A stretch of 64,000 nucleotides of DNA. Origin: PVC group bacterium (GTDB lineage Bacteria; Auribacterota; Erginobacteria; Erginobacterales; Erginobacteraceae). The position numbers and the translations under genes are program-made. Below the pieces are notes generated by a model. The model searched no databases and had not been told where the DNA came from. It was given only the letters and a program-made list of their open reading frames with translations. This document shows, one piece after another, positions 46,773 to 56,656 of this stretch. Location of the stretch: NCBI GenBank assembly GCA_040773245.1, contig JAXGWO010000012.1, positions 5,292 through 69,291 of the forward strand. The letters run 5' to 3'. Every line of letters begins with the position of its first letter. Positions within the stretch are counted from its first letter, which is position 1.

Positions 46773-48349
46773 AGCGGACGGCCTTCTACCTGCTCCTGAT
46801 CCTGGTCCTGGCCGGTGCGCTCCGGTTCGTCGGGCTGAACTTCGGCTTCCCCCTCCTCCTCCACCCGGACGAGCCGACCGCGGTCCGGCGGGCCCTGCTC
46901 TTCTTCCGCGACGGGCTCAACCCCCGCTGGTTCTCGATGCCCTCCTTTTATCTCTACCTCCTTCACTTCTCCTACCGGCTGTACTGGGCCGTCTCCACCC
47001 TCTTCGAGTCCCCGGCCCTCCTGCCCCACCTCCGGCCCGACCGGCTGCCCTTCTACCTGATCGGGCGGGCCTGGGCCGCCCTGGCGGGCACGGCCACGGT
47101 CTGGGTCGTCTACCGGGCCGGGAAGCAGCTCTACTCCCGGCGGGCCGGCCTCTGGGCCGCCTTTCTCCTGGCGGTGGTTCCCCTCCACCTGATCCACTCC
47201 CACTACGCCACCGTCGACGTCCCGGTCACCTTCCTGGTCACCCTCTCCTTCCTCTTCTCGGCCTCGATCATCTCCCGCCGGCGGCTGGCCGACTACCTGG
47301 CGGCCGGCGCGGCGGCCGGCCTGGCCGCCGCCGCCAAGTACAACGGCAGCTTCGCCCTCTTCCCCCTTCTGGCCGCCCATTTCCTCCGGCCGCGGGCGGT
47401 CGCTCCCGGCCCGCGCCGTCCGCTTGACCCCTTCCTCCCGGCGGCCCTGGCCGCGGCTCTCCTGGTCTTCTTCCTGGCCACCCCCTACGCCGTGATCGAG
47501 ACCAAACAGCTTTACTCCGATCTTCGGGCCCAGTCGAACTACCTGGTCCGTACCGGCCACGGTCCCATCTTCATCGACACCGAACCCGGAGCCCTTTACA
47601 ACCTTCTCTACGTTCTCTATTATGCCGGCGGACCGGTTTTCTGGATGCTTTCGGCCGTCGGGTTCGCCGCCGCGCTGGTCGGCCGCCGGCGGGCCGACTG
47701 GCTCATCCTCTCCTTCGCCGCTCCCTACTTCATCCTGATCTCGATCCCCAACGTCAAGTTCTCCCGTTTCTTCATCCCGCTCCTCCCCTTTCTCTGCCTC
47801 TGGGCCGGCCGGCTCTTCGATCTCCGCCTCTACCGGCGGACCGGGGCGCTCGCCCTGCGGACGGCCGCGGTCCTCTGCTGCCTCTGGCTGGGGGTCCAGG
47901 CGATCGCCTACACCGCGGTCCTGGCCCGGACCGACATCCGGGTCGAGGCCCGGGACTGGCTGGAGGAGAACCTCCGGCGCCCCTCCCGGATCGGGCTGAT
48001 CAAGACCGAGACCGGGCTGATCTTCCTCGACGACCCGCCGCTCGACCGGGCCTCCTCCGAGCTGGCCGTCGAGCACTACCCCCGGCTCTACCACGCCCTG
48101 GAGGGCCGGCCGGACTACATCGTCGCCACCGACTTCGACTACCGGCAGATTATCCGCCTGAAGGAGAAGTACGACATCATCCGCTACGACAAGTGGATGG
48201 AGTTCTTCGCCGGTGAGCGCGGCTACCGCCAGCTCCGGGTCTTCGAGCGCCGCCCCCGCCTGCTCGGGATCGACTTCGAGGGTTCCTTCCCCCCCCACGA
48301 TATGATCTACAACTGCCCCCGGATCTCGGTCTGGGAGAGAAAAGAATGA
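46769..48349 (+). CDS. GT-C glycosyltransferase (PMT/ArnT-like, family 39)
   Basis: HPDE first-loop motif, many TM helices, SHYATVD, AAKY. Confidence 0.8.
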   Translation: MKRTAFYLLLILVLAGALRFVGLNFGFPLLLHPDEPTAVRRALLFFRDGLNPRWFSMPSFYLYLLHFSYRLYWAVSTLFESPALLPHLRPDRLPFYLIGRAWAALAGTATVWVVYRAGKQLYSRRAGLWAAFLLAVVPLHLIHSHYATVDVPVTFLVTLSFLFSASIISRRRLADYLAAGAAAGLAAAAKYNGSFALFPLLAAHFLRPRAVAPGPRRPLDPFLPAALAAALLVFFLATPYAVIETKQLYSDLRAQSNYLVRTGHGPIFIDTEPGALYNLLYVLYYAGGPVFWMLSAVGFAAALVGRRRADWLILSFAAPYFILISIPNVKFSRFFIPLLPFLCLWAGRLFDLRLYRRTGALALRTAAVLCCLWLGVQAIAYTAVLARTDIRVEARDWLEENLRRPSRIGLIKTETGLIFLDDPPLDRASSELAVEHYPRLYHALEGRPDYIVATDFDYRQIIRLKEKYDIIRYDKWMEFFAGERGYRQLRVFERRPRLLGIDFEGSFPPHDMIYNCPRISVWERKE

Positions 48350-48376
48350 ATATCCAATATCCAACAAGGAACAACC
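48344..48376. repeat. ATATCCA heptamer repeat arm overlapping a stop codon
   Basis: gaatgaatatccaatatccaacaaggaacaacc. Confidence 0.55.
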
Positions 48377-48377
48377 A

Positions 48378-49574
48378 GTGAAGAAGGAAAAACAGCTGAG
48401 TCTCTCATCCCGCGACCGGGAACTGGTCGACTTCACGCGGGAGCTGATCGCCATCCCCTCGCCGGTCGGCGGGGAGGGGGAGGCGCAGCAAAGGATCGCC
48501 GCCGAGATGGAGCGGTTGGGCTGGGAGGAGATCCGGCTCGACGGGATCGGCAACCTCCACGGCCGGATCGGCTCCGGGGAGAAGCTTCTGGTCATCGACG
48601 GCCACTCCGACACCGTCGCCCCCGGCGAGACCGGAGACTGGTCCTGCGACCCCTACCGGGGGAAGGAGGAGGACGGCTGGGTCTGGGGGAGGGGGGCGGT
48701 GGACCAGAAGGGGGGGGTGGCGGCGGCTGTCCACGCCGGCAGGACCTTCCAGGAAAGCGGCGTTCCGAAAGGGCTCACGCTCCGGCTGGTGGTCTCGGTC
48801 CAGGAGGAGGACTGCGAGGGGCTGGCCTGGGATTACCTGATCGGGAAGGGAAATTTCCGCCCCGCCGCGGTCGTCCTGACCGAGCCGACGAATCTCCGGA
48901 TCACCCGGGGGCAGCTCGGCCACTGCGAGTTCGAGATCGCCGTCCGGGGGAAGTCGGCCCACGCGTTCTGCCCCGAGAAGGGGGAGAACGCGATCGTCCG
49001 GGCGGCCGGGCTGGTCGGAGAGATCGAACGGCTCGCCCCCCGGCTGGCCTCCCACCCGGCCTTCGGGCGGGGGCGGATCACGGTCACCAAAATCTCCTCC
49101 CGCGGGCCCAGCGACAACTCCGTCCCCGACCTCTGCCGGCTCCTGGTCGACCGCCGTTTCTGCCCCGGCGAGGACGAGCGCTCTTTGCTCGGGGAGATTG
49201 AGAAGTTGTCAGCGGGGCTGGATTGTGATATCACCATCCCGGTCTACCGGAAGAAGTCCTTCACCGGGCTGGTCCTGGAGGGAAGGAAATTCTTCCCCGG
49301 CTGGCTCCTCGGCGAGCCCGACCCGCTGCTGCGGGCCGCCCGGGCCGCCCGGGAGACGCTGGATCTTTCCCCGGCCCCGATCGGCACCTGGGGTTTCAGC
49401 ACCAACGGGACCTCGACAATGGGCCGGCACGGAATCCCCACCATCGGTTTCGGACCGGGGGAGGAAGCCCGGGCCCACGTGGCCGACGAGCGGGTCCCAA
49501 TCCAGCACCTGCTGGCGGCGCGGGATTTTTACTCCGCCCTGGCCCGGGAGTACGGGCGAGAAGTTCAAAGTTAA
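48378..49574 (+). CDS. M20 family metallohydrolase, YgeY-like
   Basis: DGHSDTV, GRGAVDQKGG, VQEEDCEG, TEPT, WGFSTNG, GFGPGEE..AH. Confidence 0.85.
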   Translation: MKKEKQLSLSSRDRELVDFTRELIAIPSPVGGEGEAQQRIAAEMERLGWEEIRLDGIGNLHGRIGSGEKLLVIDGHSDTVAPGETGDWSCDPYRGKEEDGWVWGRGAVDQKGGVAAAVHAGRTFQESGVPKGLTLRLVVSVQEEDCEGLAWDYLIGKGNFRPAAVVLTEPTNLRITRGQLGHCEFEIAVRGKSAHAFCPEKGENAIVRAAGLVGEIERLAPRLASHPAFGRGRITVTKISSRGPSDNSVPDLCRLLVDRRFCPGEDERSLLGEIEKLSAGLDCDITIPVYRKKSFTGLVLEGRKFFPGWLLGEPDPLLRAARAARETLDLSPAPIGTWGFSTNGTSTMGRHGIPTIGFGPGEEARAHVADERVPIQHLLAARDFYSALAREYGREVQS

Positions 49575-49616
49575 AAGTTCGAAGTTCAAAGTTCGAAGTT
49601 CAAAGTTCGAAGTTGC
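49561..49616 (+). repeat. AAGTTC(A/G) heptamer array, 8 units
   Basis: aagttca aagttaa aagttcg aagttca aagttcg aagttca aagttcg aagttgc. Confidence 0.85.
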
Positions 49617-49634
49617 CGGAGAGTCGCATTATCA

Positions 49635-50498
49635 ATGAACGATAAGGACAATCTCATCTTCGACGCCGCGGAGGCGGACTTCGAACAGTCGGTGATCGCC
49701 CGCTCGGGGGAGATCCCGGTGATCGTCGATTTCTGGGCTTCCTGGTGCGCCCCCTGCCGGGCGCTGGGCCCGGTCCTGGAGAAAGCGGTCCGGGAAGCCG
49801 GCGGAAAGCTTGCCCTGGCCCGGGTCGACGTGGACTCCGAACCCTCCCTGGCGGCGCGGTTCGCCATCCGCTCGATCCCGGCGGTGAAGATCTTCTCGGG
49901 GGGGAAGGTGGTCCGGGAGTTCGTCGGCGCCCTCCCGGAGAAGGATATCCGCCGGCTGCTCGAGGAGATCCTCCCGGATCCGTCCGGGGGGCGGCTGGAG
50001 GAGGCCCACCGGCATCTCTCCGCCGGCCGCTGGGAAAAGGCCGAGCGGATCTACCAAGCCATCCGGGAAGGGGAGCCCGATCACCCGGGGGCCGCCCTCG
50101 GACTGGGGCTGATCGCCTACCACCAGGGCCGCTACCCCGAGGCCGAGGAGCTGCTGTCGAAGGTCGCCCCCGGGACCCCGGGTTACGAAGAGGCCCCGCC
50201 GCTGCTGGCCCGGCTGTATTTCCTGAAGAATCCCACCCCGGATATGTCCGCGATCACCGCCACCCTGAAGGCGGATCCGAAGGACCCTGACGCCCTCTTC
50301 TCCCTCGCCCTCGCCTACGGGCGGGGAGGGGAGTACCTCCGGGCGCTCGATACCCTGCTCGAGGTGCTCAAGGCGAAGAAGGATTACGGGGGGGGGAAGG
50401 CCCGCGAGGCCTATTTAAAGCTCCTCGAGATCATCGGCCGCCGGAGTCCCGACGGCAAGAAATACGAACGCGATTTGTCGATGATCCTCTTCTCCTGA
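49635..50498 (+). CDS. ybbN: Thioredoxin-TPR chaperedoxin (YbbN/CnoX family)
   Basis: VDFWASWCAPC, SIPAV, TPR helices, C-terminal LSMILFS. Confidence 0.88.
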   Translation: MNDKDNLIFDAAEADFEQSVIARSGEIPVIVDFWASWCAPCRALGPVLEKAVREAGGKLALARVDVDSEPSLAARFAIRSIPAVKIFSGGKVVREFVGALPEKDIRRLLEEILPDPSGGRLEEAHRHLSAGRWEKAERIYQAIREGEPDHPGAALGLGLIAYHQGRYPEAEELLSKVAPGTPGYEEAPPLLARLYFLKNPTPDMSAITATLKADPKDPDALFSLALAYGRGGEYLRALDTLLEVLKAKKDYGGGKAREAYLKLLEIIGRRSPDGKKYERDLSMILFS

Positions 50499-50522
50499 AA
50501 ATATTCCAGAAGTTCGAGTCCT

Positions 50523-50550
50523 CAACTTCGAACTTTGAACTTCAAACTTA
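50523..50550 (-). repeat. Inverted copy of the AAGTTC(A/G) heptamer array, 4 units
   Basis: caacttc gaacttt gaacttc aaactta, ending at the next gene's ATG. Confidence 0.75.
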
Positions 50551-52976
50551 TGAATAAATACGTCTGCATCCACGGTCACTTTTACCAACCGCCGCGCGAA
50601 AACCCCTGGCTGGAGGAGGTCGAGGCCCAGGAGTCGGCCGCCCCCTACCACGATTGGAACGCCCGGATCACCGCCGAGTGCTACGGCCCCAACGGCGCCG
50701 CCCGGATCCTCGACGGCAAGCGGAGGATCATCGACATCGTCAACAACTACTCCCGGATCAGCTTCAACTTCGGCCCTACGCTGCTCAGCTGGATGGAGCG
50801 GACCGTCCCGGACGCCTACCGGAGGATCCTCGAGGCCGACCGGCTGAGCCAGGAGAACTTCTCCGGCCACGGCTCCGCCCTCGCCCAGGCATACAGCCAT
50901 ATGATTATGCCCCTGGCCAACGCCCGGGACCGGAGGACCCAGGTTCTCTGGGGGATCGCCGACTTCCAGCGCCGCTTCGACCGCTACCCGGAGGGGATGT
51001 GGCTCCCGGAGACCGCGGTCGACACCGCCACCCTGGAGACCCTGGCCGAACAGGGGATCAAGTTCACCATCCTCGCCCCCCGCCAGGCCCGGCGGGTAAG
51101 GAACCTCGACTCCGAGAACTGGGAGAACGTGGAGGGGGCGCGGGTCGATCCCAAGCTGCCCTACCTCTGCCGCCTCCCCTCGGGGAAGAGCATCGTCATC
51201 TTCTTCTACGACGGCCCCCCCTCCCAGGAGATCGCCTTCTCCAGCCTCCTCGAGAACGGCGAGGCCTTCGCCCGGCGGCTCCTCGGCACCCTGGGCGGCC
51301 CGGCGGTCCAGCTGGCCCACATCGCCACCGACGGGGAGACCTACGGCCACCACCGGGCCCACGGGGATATGGCCCTGGCCGCCTGCCTCCGGTACATCCT
51401 CTCCGCCCCCGATGTCCGGCTGACCGTCTATGGCGAGTTCCTGGAGAAGCACCCGCCGGTCCGGGAGGTGGAGATCATCGAGAACTCGTCCTGGTCCTGC
51501 GCCCACGGGGTGGAGCGCTGGCGGTCGAACTGCGGCTGCAGCTCCGGTCTCCACCCCGGCTGGACCCAGGCCTGGCGCCAGCCGCTTCGCGAGGCCCTTG
51601 ACTGGCTCCGCGACCGGCTCTCCCCGGTCTTCGAGGAGGGGATGAAGAAGTTCGCCCTTGACCCTTGGCGGGCCCGCGACGAGTATATCGAGGTGATCCT
51701 CGACCGGGGGAGGAACAACCTGGAGCAGTACTTCCGCCGCCTCTCCGGCCGGGAACTCTCCCCCGGCGCGCGGGTCGGGGCCCTCAAGCTCCTGGAGATG
51801 CAGCGCCACCTGATGCTGATGTACACCAGCTGCGGGTGGTTCTTCGACGAGATCTCGGGGCTGGAGACCGCCCAGATCCTCCAGTACGCCGCCCGGGCGG
51901 TCCAGCTCGCTTCCGAGAACGGGGCCGGCGACCTGGAAGAGGAGTTCATCGAGCGCCTCTCCCGGGCCCCCGGCAACGTCCGGGAGCTCCCCAACGGGGC
52001 CCGGGTCTACCGGGACCTGGTCCTCCCCGCCCGGATTGACCTGACGACGGTCGGCGCCCAGTTCGGCGTCTCCTCCCTCTTCCAGGATTACCCGCCGGAG
52101 AGCCGGCTCTACAGCTATCACGTCCGCCAGGACGCCTACGAGCGGACCCGGGCGGGCAAGCGGGTCCTGGCGGCGGGGACGATCACCCTCCGCTCCTGCT
52201 CCACCCGGGAGGAGGAGAAGCTGGACTTCGCCGCCCTCTACCTGGGGGACAACACGGTGATGGGCGGGGTCAAGGCCGCCGCCGGGGAGGACGATCCCCG
52301 GCAATACGCCACCGAGCTCAAGGAGGCCTTCCTGAAGAGCGACCTCTCCTCGATGATCCGGCTGATGGACTCCAACTTCCCCAACCGGATCTTCGGCCTG
52401 AAGCAGCTCCTGGCGGAGGAGCGGCGGAAGATGGTCAACCGGGTCCTCGAGGTGACGACCATCGAGGTCGAGTCCGCCCTCCACAAGCTGGCCGAGTACC
52501 ACTACCCGCTGATCCAGGCCCTGAAGGAGGCCGGCCTGCCGCTCCCGCCCGCCCTCTCCTGGACCGTCCAGTGCACGGTCAACACCGAGCTGCGGGAGGC
52601 GCTCAAGGCCGAGAAGCTGAACGTCACCCGGCTCAAGGAGGCGGTGGCCGAGGCCCACAAGTGGAACTTCCGTCCCGACAACGACCTCCTCCGCGGCTAC
52701 GCCGAAAAGCGCCTGGAGGAGCTGGTCGAGCGGTTCAGCCACGCGCCGGAAGACCCCACCCGCCTGACCCGGCTGGAGTCCTTCCTGAAGATCGTCGAGT
52801 CCGCTCCCCTGGCGGTCTCCCCCTGGCCGGCCCAGAACGTCTTCTTCCGGATCGGCCGGGAACTGGTCCCGGAGATGATCCGGCGGAGAGAAGAGGGCGA
52901 CGCGGCCGCCGGCCGCTGGCTGGGACACTTCGCCAAGCTGGGGCGGCTGCTGAGGGTCCACATCCCCGTCCACTGA
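50550..52976 (+). CDS. GH57 glycoside hydrolase with DUF3536 domain
   Basis: HGHFYQPPRENPW, WLPETAVD, ATDGETYGHH, SWSCAHGVERW, MYTSCGWFFDEISG. Confidence 0.9.
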   Translation: MNKYVCIHGHFYQPPRENPWLEEVEAQESAAPYHDWNARITAECYGPNGAARILDGKRRIIDIVNNYSRISFNFGPTLLSWMERTVPDAYRRILEADRLSQENFSGHGSALAQAYSHMIMPLANARDRRTQVLWGIADFQRRFDRYPEGMWLPETAVDTATLETLAEQGIKFTILAPRQARRVRNLDSENWENVEGARVDPKLPYLCRLPSGKSIVIFFYDGPPSQEIAFSSLLENGEAFARRLLGTLGGPAVQLAHIATDGETYGHHRAHGDMALAACLRYILSAPDVRLTVYGEFLEKHPPVREVEIIENSSWSCAHGVERWRSNCGCSSGLHPGWTQAWRQPLREALDWLRDRLSPVFEEGMKKFALDPWRARDEYIEVILDRGRNNLEQYFRRLSGRELSPGARVGALKLLEMQRHLMLMYTSCGWFFDEISGLETAQILQYAARAVQLASENGAGDLEEEFIERLSRAPGNVRELPNGARVYRDLVLPARIDLTTVGAQFGVSSLFQDYPPESRLYSYHVRQDAYERTRAGKRVLAAGTITLRSCSTREEEKLDFAALYLGDNTVMGGVKAAAGEDDPRQYATELKEAFLKSDLSSMIRLMDSNFPNRIFGLKQLLAEERRKMVNRVLEVTTIEVESALHKLAEYHYPLIQALKEAGLPLPPALSWTVQCTVNTELREALKAEKLNVTRLKEAVAEAHKWNFRPDNDLLRGYAEKRLEELVERFSHAPEDPTRLTRLESFLKIVESAPLAVSPWPAQNVFFRIGRELVPEMIRRREEGDAAAGRWLGHFAKLGRLLRVHIPVH

Positions 52977-52986
52977 GCGCCGTCCG

Positions 52987-54381
52987 ATGCCTCCCGCCCG
53001 AGACCTGACCGAGGGCAGCGTCGTCAAGGCGATCGCCCGCCTCGGGGTCCCGATCATCGCCACCAGCATCCTCCAGAGCGCCTTCAACCTGGCGGATATG
53101 TTCTTCGTCGGCCGGCTGGGCCCGGCCGCCCTGGCCGCGGTCACCGTCAGCGGGATCGTGATCGCGCTTTTGATCACGGCGGCGATCGGGATCTCGATCG
53201 GGACCCTGGCCTTGGTCGCCCGTTACTGGGGGGCCCGCCGCTACCGCGAGGCCGCCCTGGTGGTCGGCCAGTCCTTCCACATCGCCGTCCTCCTCTCCCT
53301 CTTCTTCGGGGTCGGGGGCTGGGTTCTCGCCCGGCCGCTGCTCCACTTCCTCGGGGCGGAGGGCGAGGTCCTTGGGCTGGCGGTGACCTACTTCCGGATC
53401 ATCTCCGCCGGCGCCTGGACGATCTTCATCTTCGTCACCTTCAGCTCCGCCCTGAAGGGCTCCGGCGACGCCTGGACCCCCTTCCGGGTGATGGCCCTCG
53501 GCGTGGTCCTCAACTGTCTGCTCGACCCGCTCCTGATCTTCGGCTGGGGCCCTGTTCCCGCCTTCGGCGTCCCCGGGTCGGCCCTGGCCACGGTCCTGGC
53601 CCGCCTGGTCACGGTGATCGTGATCATCCACCGGACCCGGCCGCGGCGGAGCTACCTCGACCTGTCCGGGGCCTTCGGCCGGGTCAGCCTCCCCCTGATC
53701 GGGCAGATCCTCAGGATCGGCTTCTTCAGCTCGGTCGAGATGCTGATCCGCTCGGTGGCGATGATCGCGCTGCTCCGTTTCGTCTCCGTCTACGGCACCG
53801 CCGCCCTGGCCGCCTACGGGATCGGGACCCGGGTGCGGGCGGTGATCCTGATGCCGGGGATCGGGCTCGGCTACGCCTCGGGGATCCTGGTCGGCCAGAA
53901 CCTCGGCGCCGGACGGCCGAAGCGGGCCCACCGGACCGCCTGGGCGACCTGGTCCCTCTACCAGGCGGTTCTCGTCCCCCTGGTGGTCTTCTTCCTGGTC
54001 TTCGCCCGGGAGGTGGTCTCCGTCTTCAACCGCGACCCCGAGGTGCTCCGCCTGGGGACGGTCTTCATCCGCTACCTCGCCGTCTCCTTCTTCTTCCTCG
54101 CCCTGGTCCTGGTCTTCGGCAAGTCCCTCAACGGGGCCGGGGATACCGCCGGCCCGATGGCGATCACCGGCTTCTCCCTGGCGGCGATGATCGGCTTCCT
54201 GCTCTGGCCGGGGTCGGCCGGCCTGGGGATCGCCGGGATCTGGAAGGCGATCCTCGGCGGGACGGCGCTCAACGGGATCCTGATGGCCTGGTGGTTCCAG
54301 CGGAAGGGCTGGAGCCGGCCGGTCGCGGAGCCGCTCTACCCGGAGGCGGTCCTCAGTTCGCCGGAGGAGCCGGCGGTCTGA
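52987..54381 (+). CDS. MATE family efflux transporter
   Basis: DLTEG, DMFFVGRLG, GD..TP, N..LDPLLIFG, GQNLGAG. Confidence 0.92.
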   Translation: MPPARDLTEGSVVKAIARLGVPIIATSILQSAFNLADMFFVGRLGPAALAAVTVSGIVIALLITAAIGISIGTLALVARYWGARRYREAALVVGQSFHIAVLLSLFFGVGGWVLARPLLHFLGAEGEVLGLAVTYFRIISAGAWTIFIFVTFSSALKGSGDAWTPFRVMALGVVLNCLLDPLLIFGWGPVPAFGVPGSALATVLARLVTVIVIIHRTRPRRSYLDLSGAFGRVSLPLIGQILRIGFFSSVEMLIRSVAMIALLRFVSVYGTAALAAYGIGTRVRAVILMPGIGLGYASGILVGQNLGAGRPKRAHRTAWATWSLYQAVLVPLVVFFLVFAREVVSVFNRDPEVLRLGTVFIRYLAVSFFFLALVLVFGKSLNGAGDTAGPMAITGFSLAAMIGFLLWPGSAGLGIAGIWKAILGGTALNGILMAWWFQRKGWSRPVAEPLYPEAVLSSPEEPAV

Positions 54382-56509
54382 ACCGCTCCTCGAGCATCCG
54401 CAGCCGCTGGGCGGCCTCCTCGCCGGCGGGGTTGGCCGCCGCCGCCGCCCGCCAGGATCTTTCCGCCGCCCCGGGATTCTCCGACCGGAAGTGGAGGTCT
54501 CCCAGGTAGAGGTGCCCGGGGTAACTCTCCGGGTCGATGCGGAGGGCCGCTTCCAGGTGCTCCCGCGCCCGGTCCCGGCCGGCGGGGTCGGCGGCGAGGA
54601 GCCGCCCCAGCTCCAGCCGCAGGGGAAGGGCGCCGGGGGCGGCCTCCACCCCTTTCTCCAGGGCGGCGATCGCTTCGGCGGTCTCGCCGCTCCTCGAGCG
54701 GGCCAGCCCCAGGTAAAGGTAGAACTCCCACCGCCCCTCGGTCTGCTCCAGTCCCCGGTTGAGGATCTCGACCGCCTCCCGGGGCTTATCTTCCACCAGG
54801 AACAGCCGGGCCAGGTTGAGGTAGGGGAGGGGACTGAAGGGGAGGTTGTGGATCACCTCCCGGTACTTCTTCTCCGCCGCCGCCGTCTCGCCCCGCCGCT
54901 CGTGAAGCAGCCCCAGGGCGAGGTGGGCCGACTCGTAATGGGGGTTGCGGCGGATCGCCTCCCGGTAGCCGGCCTCGGCCGCCTCCAGGCTGCCCTGCCG
55001 GAAGAGGATGTTGGCCAGGTTGTAGTGGGCCTCCGCCCGCTGCGGCTCCAGCTGCAGCGCCTTGGTGAACTCCTCCCTCGCCCGGTCGAGGTCGCCCTGC
55101 CCGGAGAAGTAGGTCCCCAGGTGGTTGTGCCCCGCCCCCAGGTTGAGGATGAAGCGGGGCTCGCCCACCAGCTGGGGGTTGACCCAGAGGGCCAGCCCGG
55201 CCAGGGCCGCCAGGGCGGGGGCCAGGGATTTCCACTGACGCCGCCGGACCCGTTCGAACCCCCAGGTGACGGCGAAGGCGGCGAAGATCAGCAGGAAGGG
55301 GACCAGGGGGAGCCGGTAGCGGGAGTTGACGAAGTAGATGACGGTGGAGAGGACGTAGCCGGCGACGTAGAGGTAGAGGAGCAGCAGCTTCCGCCACTGC
55401 TTCCCGGCCAGGATCAGGCCGAGCAGGCAGAAGGGGGCGGCCACCCCGAAGATGAGGAAGGGGATCTTCAGGATCGGCGTCCAGCGCTTAAGGAAGGTGG
55501 GGTGGATCACGTCGGCGATCTCCAGCTGATCCCAGAAGACGGAGAACTTTCTCCCCAGCAGCTTGAGGAAACCCCCGGGGTTCTCCCGGACGAACCTCCA
55601 CCCCTGCCCGAACCAGAACGAGGAGACCTCGGAGGGCTTGAGCGCCCGGCCCAGGGCCCGCCGGGCGATCGTCTCCGCGTCCCGCTGGAGGGTGGCCCCG
55701 CCGGAACGGAGGATCGGCGGGGGCTCGAAGACCCCCCGGGCGTAGGGGTTGTTTCCGATGAAGAAGTTGATCCCCCCGTGGGCGGTCAGGAAGACCCGGT
55801 CGCCTCCCGCCTTCCAGTTCCGGTAGGTGACCAGCCCGAGCACGGCCGCCGCCCCGGCCAGGAAGACCAGCGCCCGGCCCCCGCGCCGCCCGGGGATGAA
55901 GATCCAGCCCGCCGCCGCCGGGATGAAGATCAGGCTGTGCCCGCTGGCCGTCGCCAGAAGCCCACCCAGGATCCCGGCCCCCAGCCACCCCGGCCATTTC
56001 GCCTCCCGTTCCTTCAGCCTCAGCAGGAGCAGGAGGAGGAGTCCGGCCAAGAAGGTGATCGCCACCGGGGAGAGGATCGCCGAGTCGTAGACGATCAGCC
56101 AGCCGTAGATCCCGGTCAGGAACGCCGCCAGCAGCCCGACGGCCGGGGAGAAGAGCCGCCTCCCCAGGAGGTAGACCAGCCCGCAGTTGGCGGTGCCGAT
56201 CAGGATCTGGACCACCCGGGCGGCCGGGATGGAGACCCCGGCGACGGTGTAGATCAGTCCCAGCAGGTAGGGGTAGAGGGGCAGCGCGGTGAAGACCCCG
56301 TCGCCCACCCAGTCCCCGCCGGCGATCGCCGCCGCCCATTCGTGGTAGGTCCGCGAGTCCTCGATCACCATCTCCGCGATCGGGGAGCGGTTGAGCTGGA
56401 GGAAGAAGACGAACCGCAGGGCGAAGGCGAGCAGGAGGACGGCGGCCAGGACGGCCGCTTCCTTCCCGGTCACCGGCCGGGTCCCGGGCTGGCGGGGGGT
56501 CTTCTTCAT
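54353..56509 (-). CDS. GT-C glycosyltransferase with C-terminal TPR repeats
   Basis: D..TYHEWA, PLYPY, GGINFFIGNN, SRYRLP, followed by several TPRs; start corrected to ATG 56509. Confidence 0.82.
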   Translation of the reverse strand: MKKTPRQPGTRPVTGKEAAVLAAVLLLAFALRFVFFLQLNRSPIAEMVIEDSRTYHEWAAAIAGGDWVGDGVFTALPLYPYLLGLIYTVAGVSIPAARVVQILIGTANCGLVYLLGRRLFSPAVGLLAAFLTGIYGWLIVYDSAILSPVAITFLAGLLLLLLLRLKEREAKWPGWLGAGILGGLLATASGHSLIFIPAAAGWIFIPGRRGGRALVFLAGAAAVLGLVTYRNWKAGGDRVFLTAHGGINFFIGNNPYARGVFEPPPILRSGGATLQRDAETIARRALGRALKPSEVSSFWFGQGWRFVRENPGGFLKLLGRKFSVFWDQLEIADVIHPTFLKRWTPILKIPFLIFGVAAPFCLLGLILAGKQWRKLLLLYLYVAGYVLSTVIYFVNSRYRLPLVPFLLIFAAFAVTWGFERVRRRQWKSLAPALAALAGLALWVNPQLVGEPRFILNLGAGHNHLGTYFSGQGDLDRAREEFTKALQLEPQRAEAHYNLANILFRQGSLEAAEAGYREAIRRNPHYESAHLALGLLHERRGETAAAEKKYREVIHNLPFSPLPYLNLARLFLVEDKPREAVEILNRGLEQTEGRWEFYLYLGLARSRSGETAEAIAALEKGVEAAPGALPLRLELGRLLAADPAGRDRAREHLEAALRIDPESYPGHLYLGDLHFRSENPGAAERSWRAAAAANPAGEEAAQRLRMLEERFRPPAPPAN

Positions 56510-56656
56510 CTGGGGCGTGATTTCGGGAAAAATATGGTTGCCTCGACGGGCCGCTTTGTTATTATACACCCGCGTCACGGGAGTTATACTCCAGTCCGGC
56601 CGGGGGGCAAAGCCTAATTCCCCCGCCCGGGCCAACGTCAACCGGGGAGAAACGGA

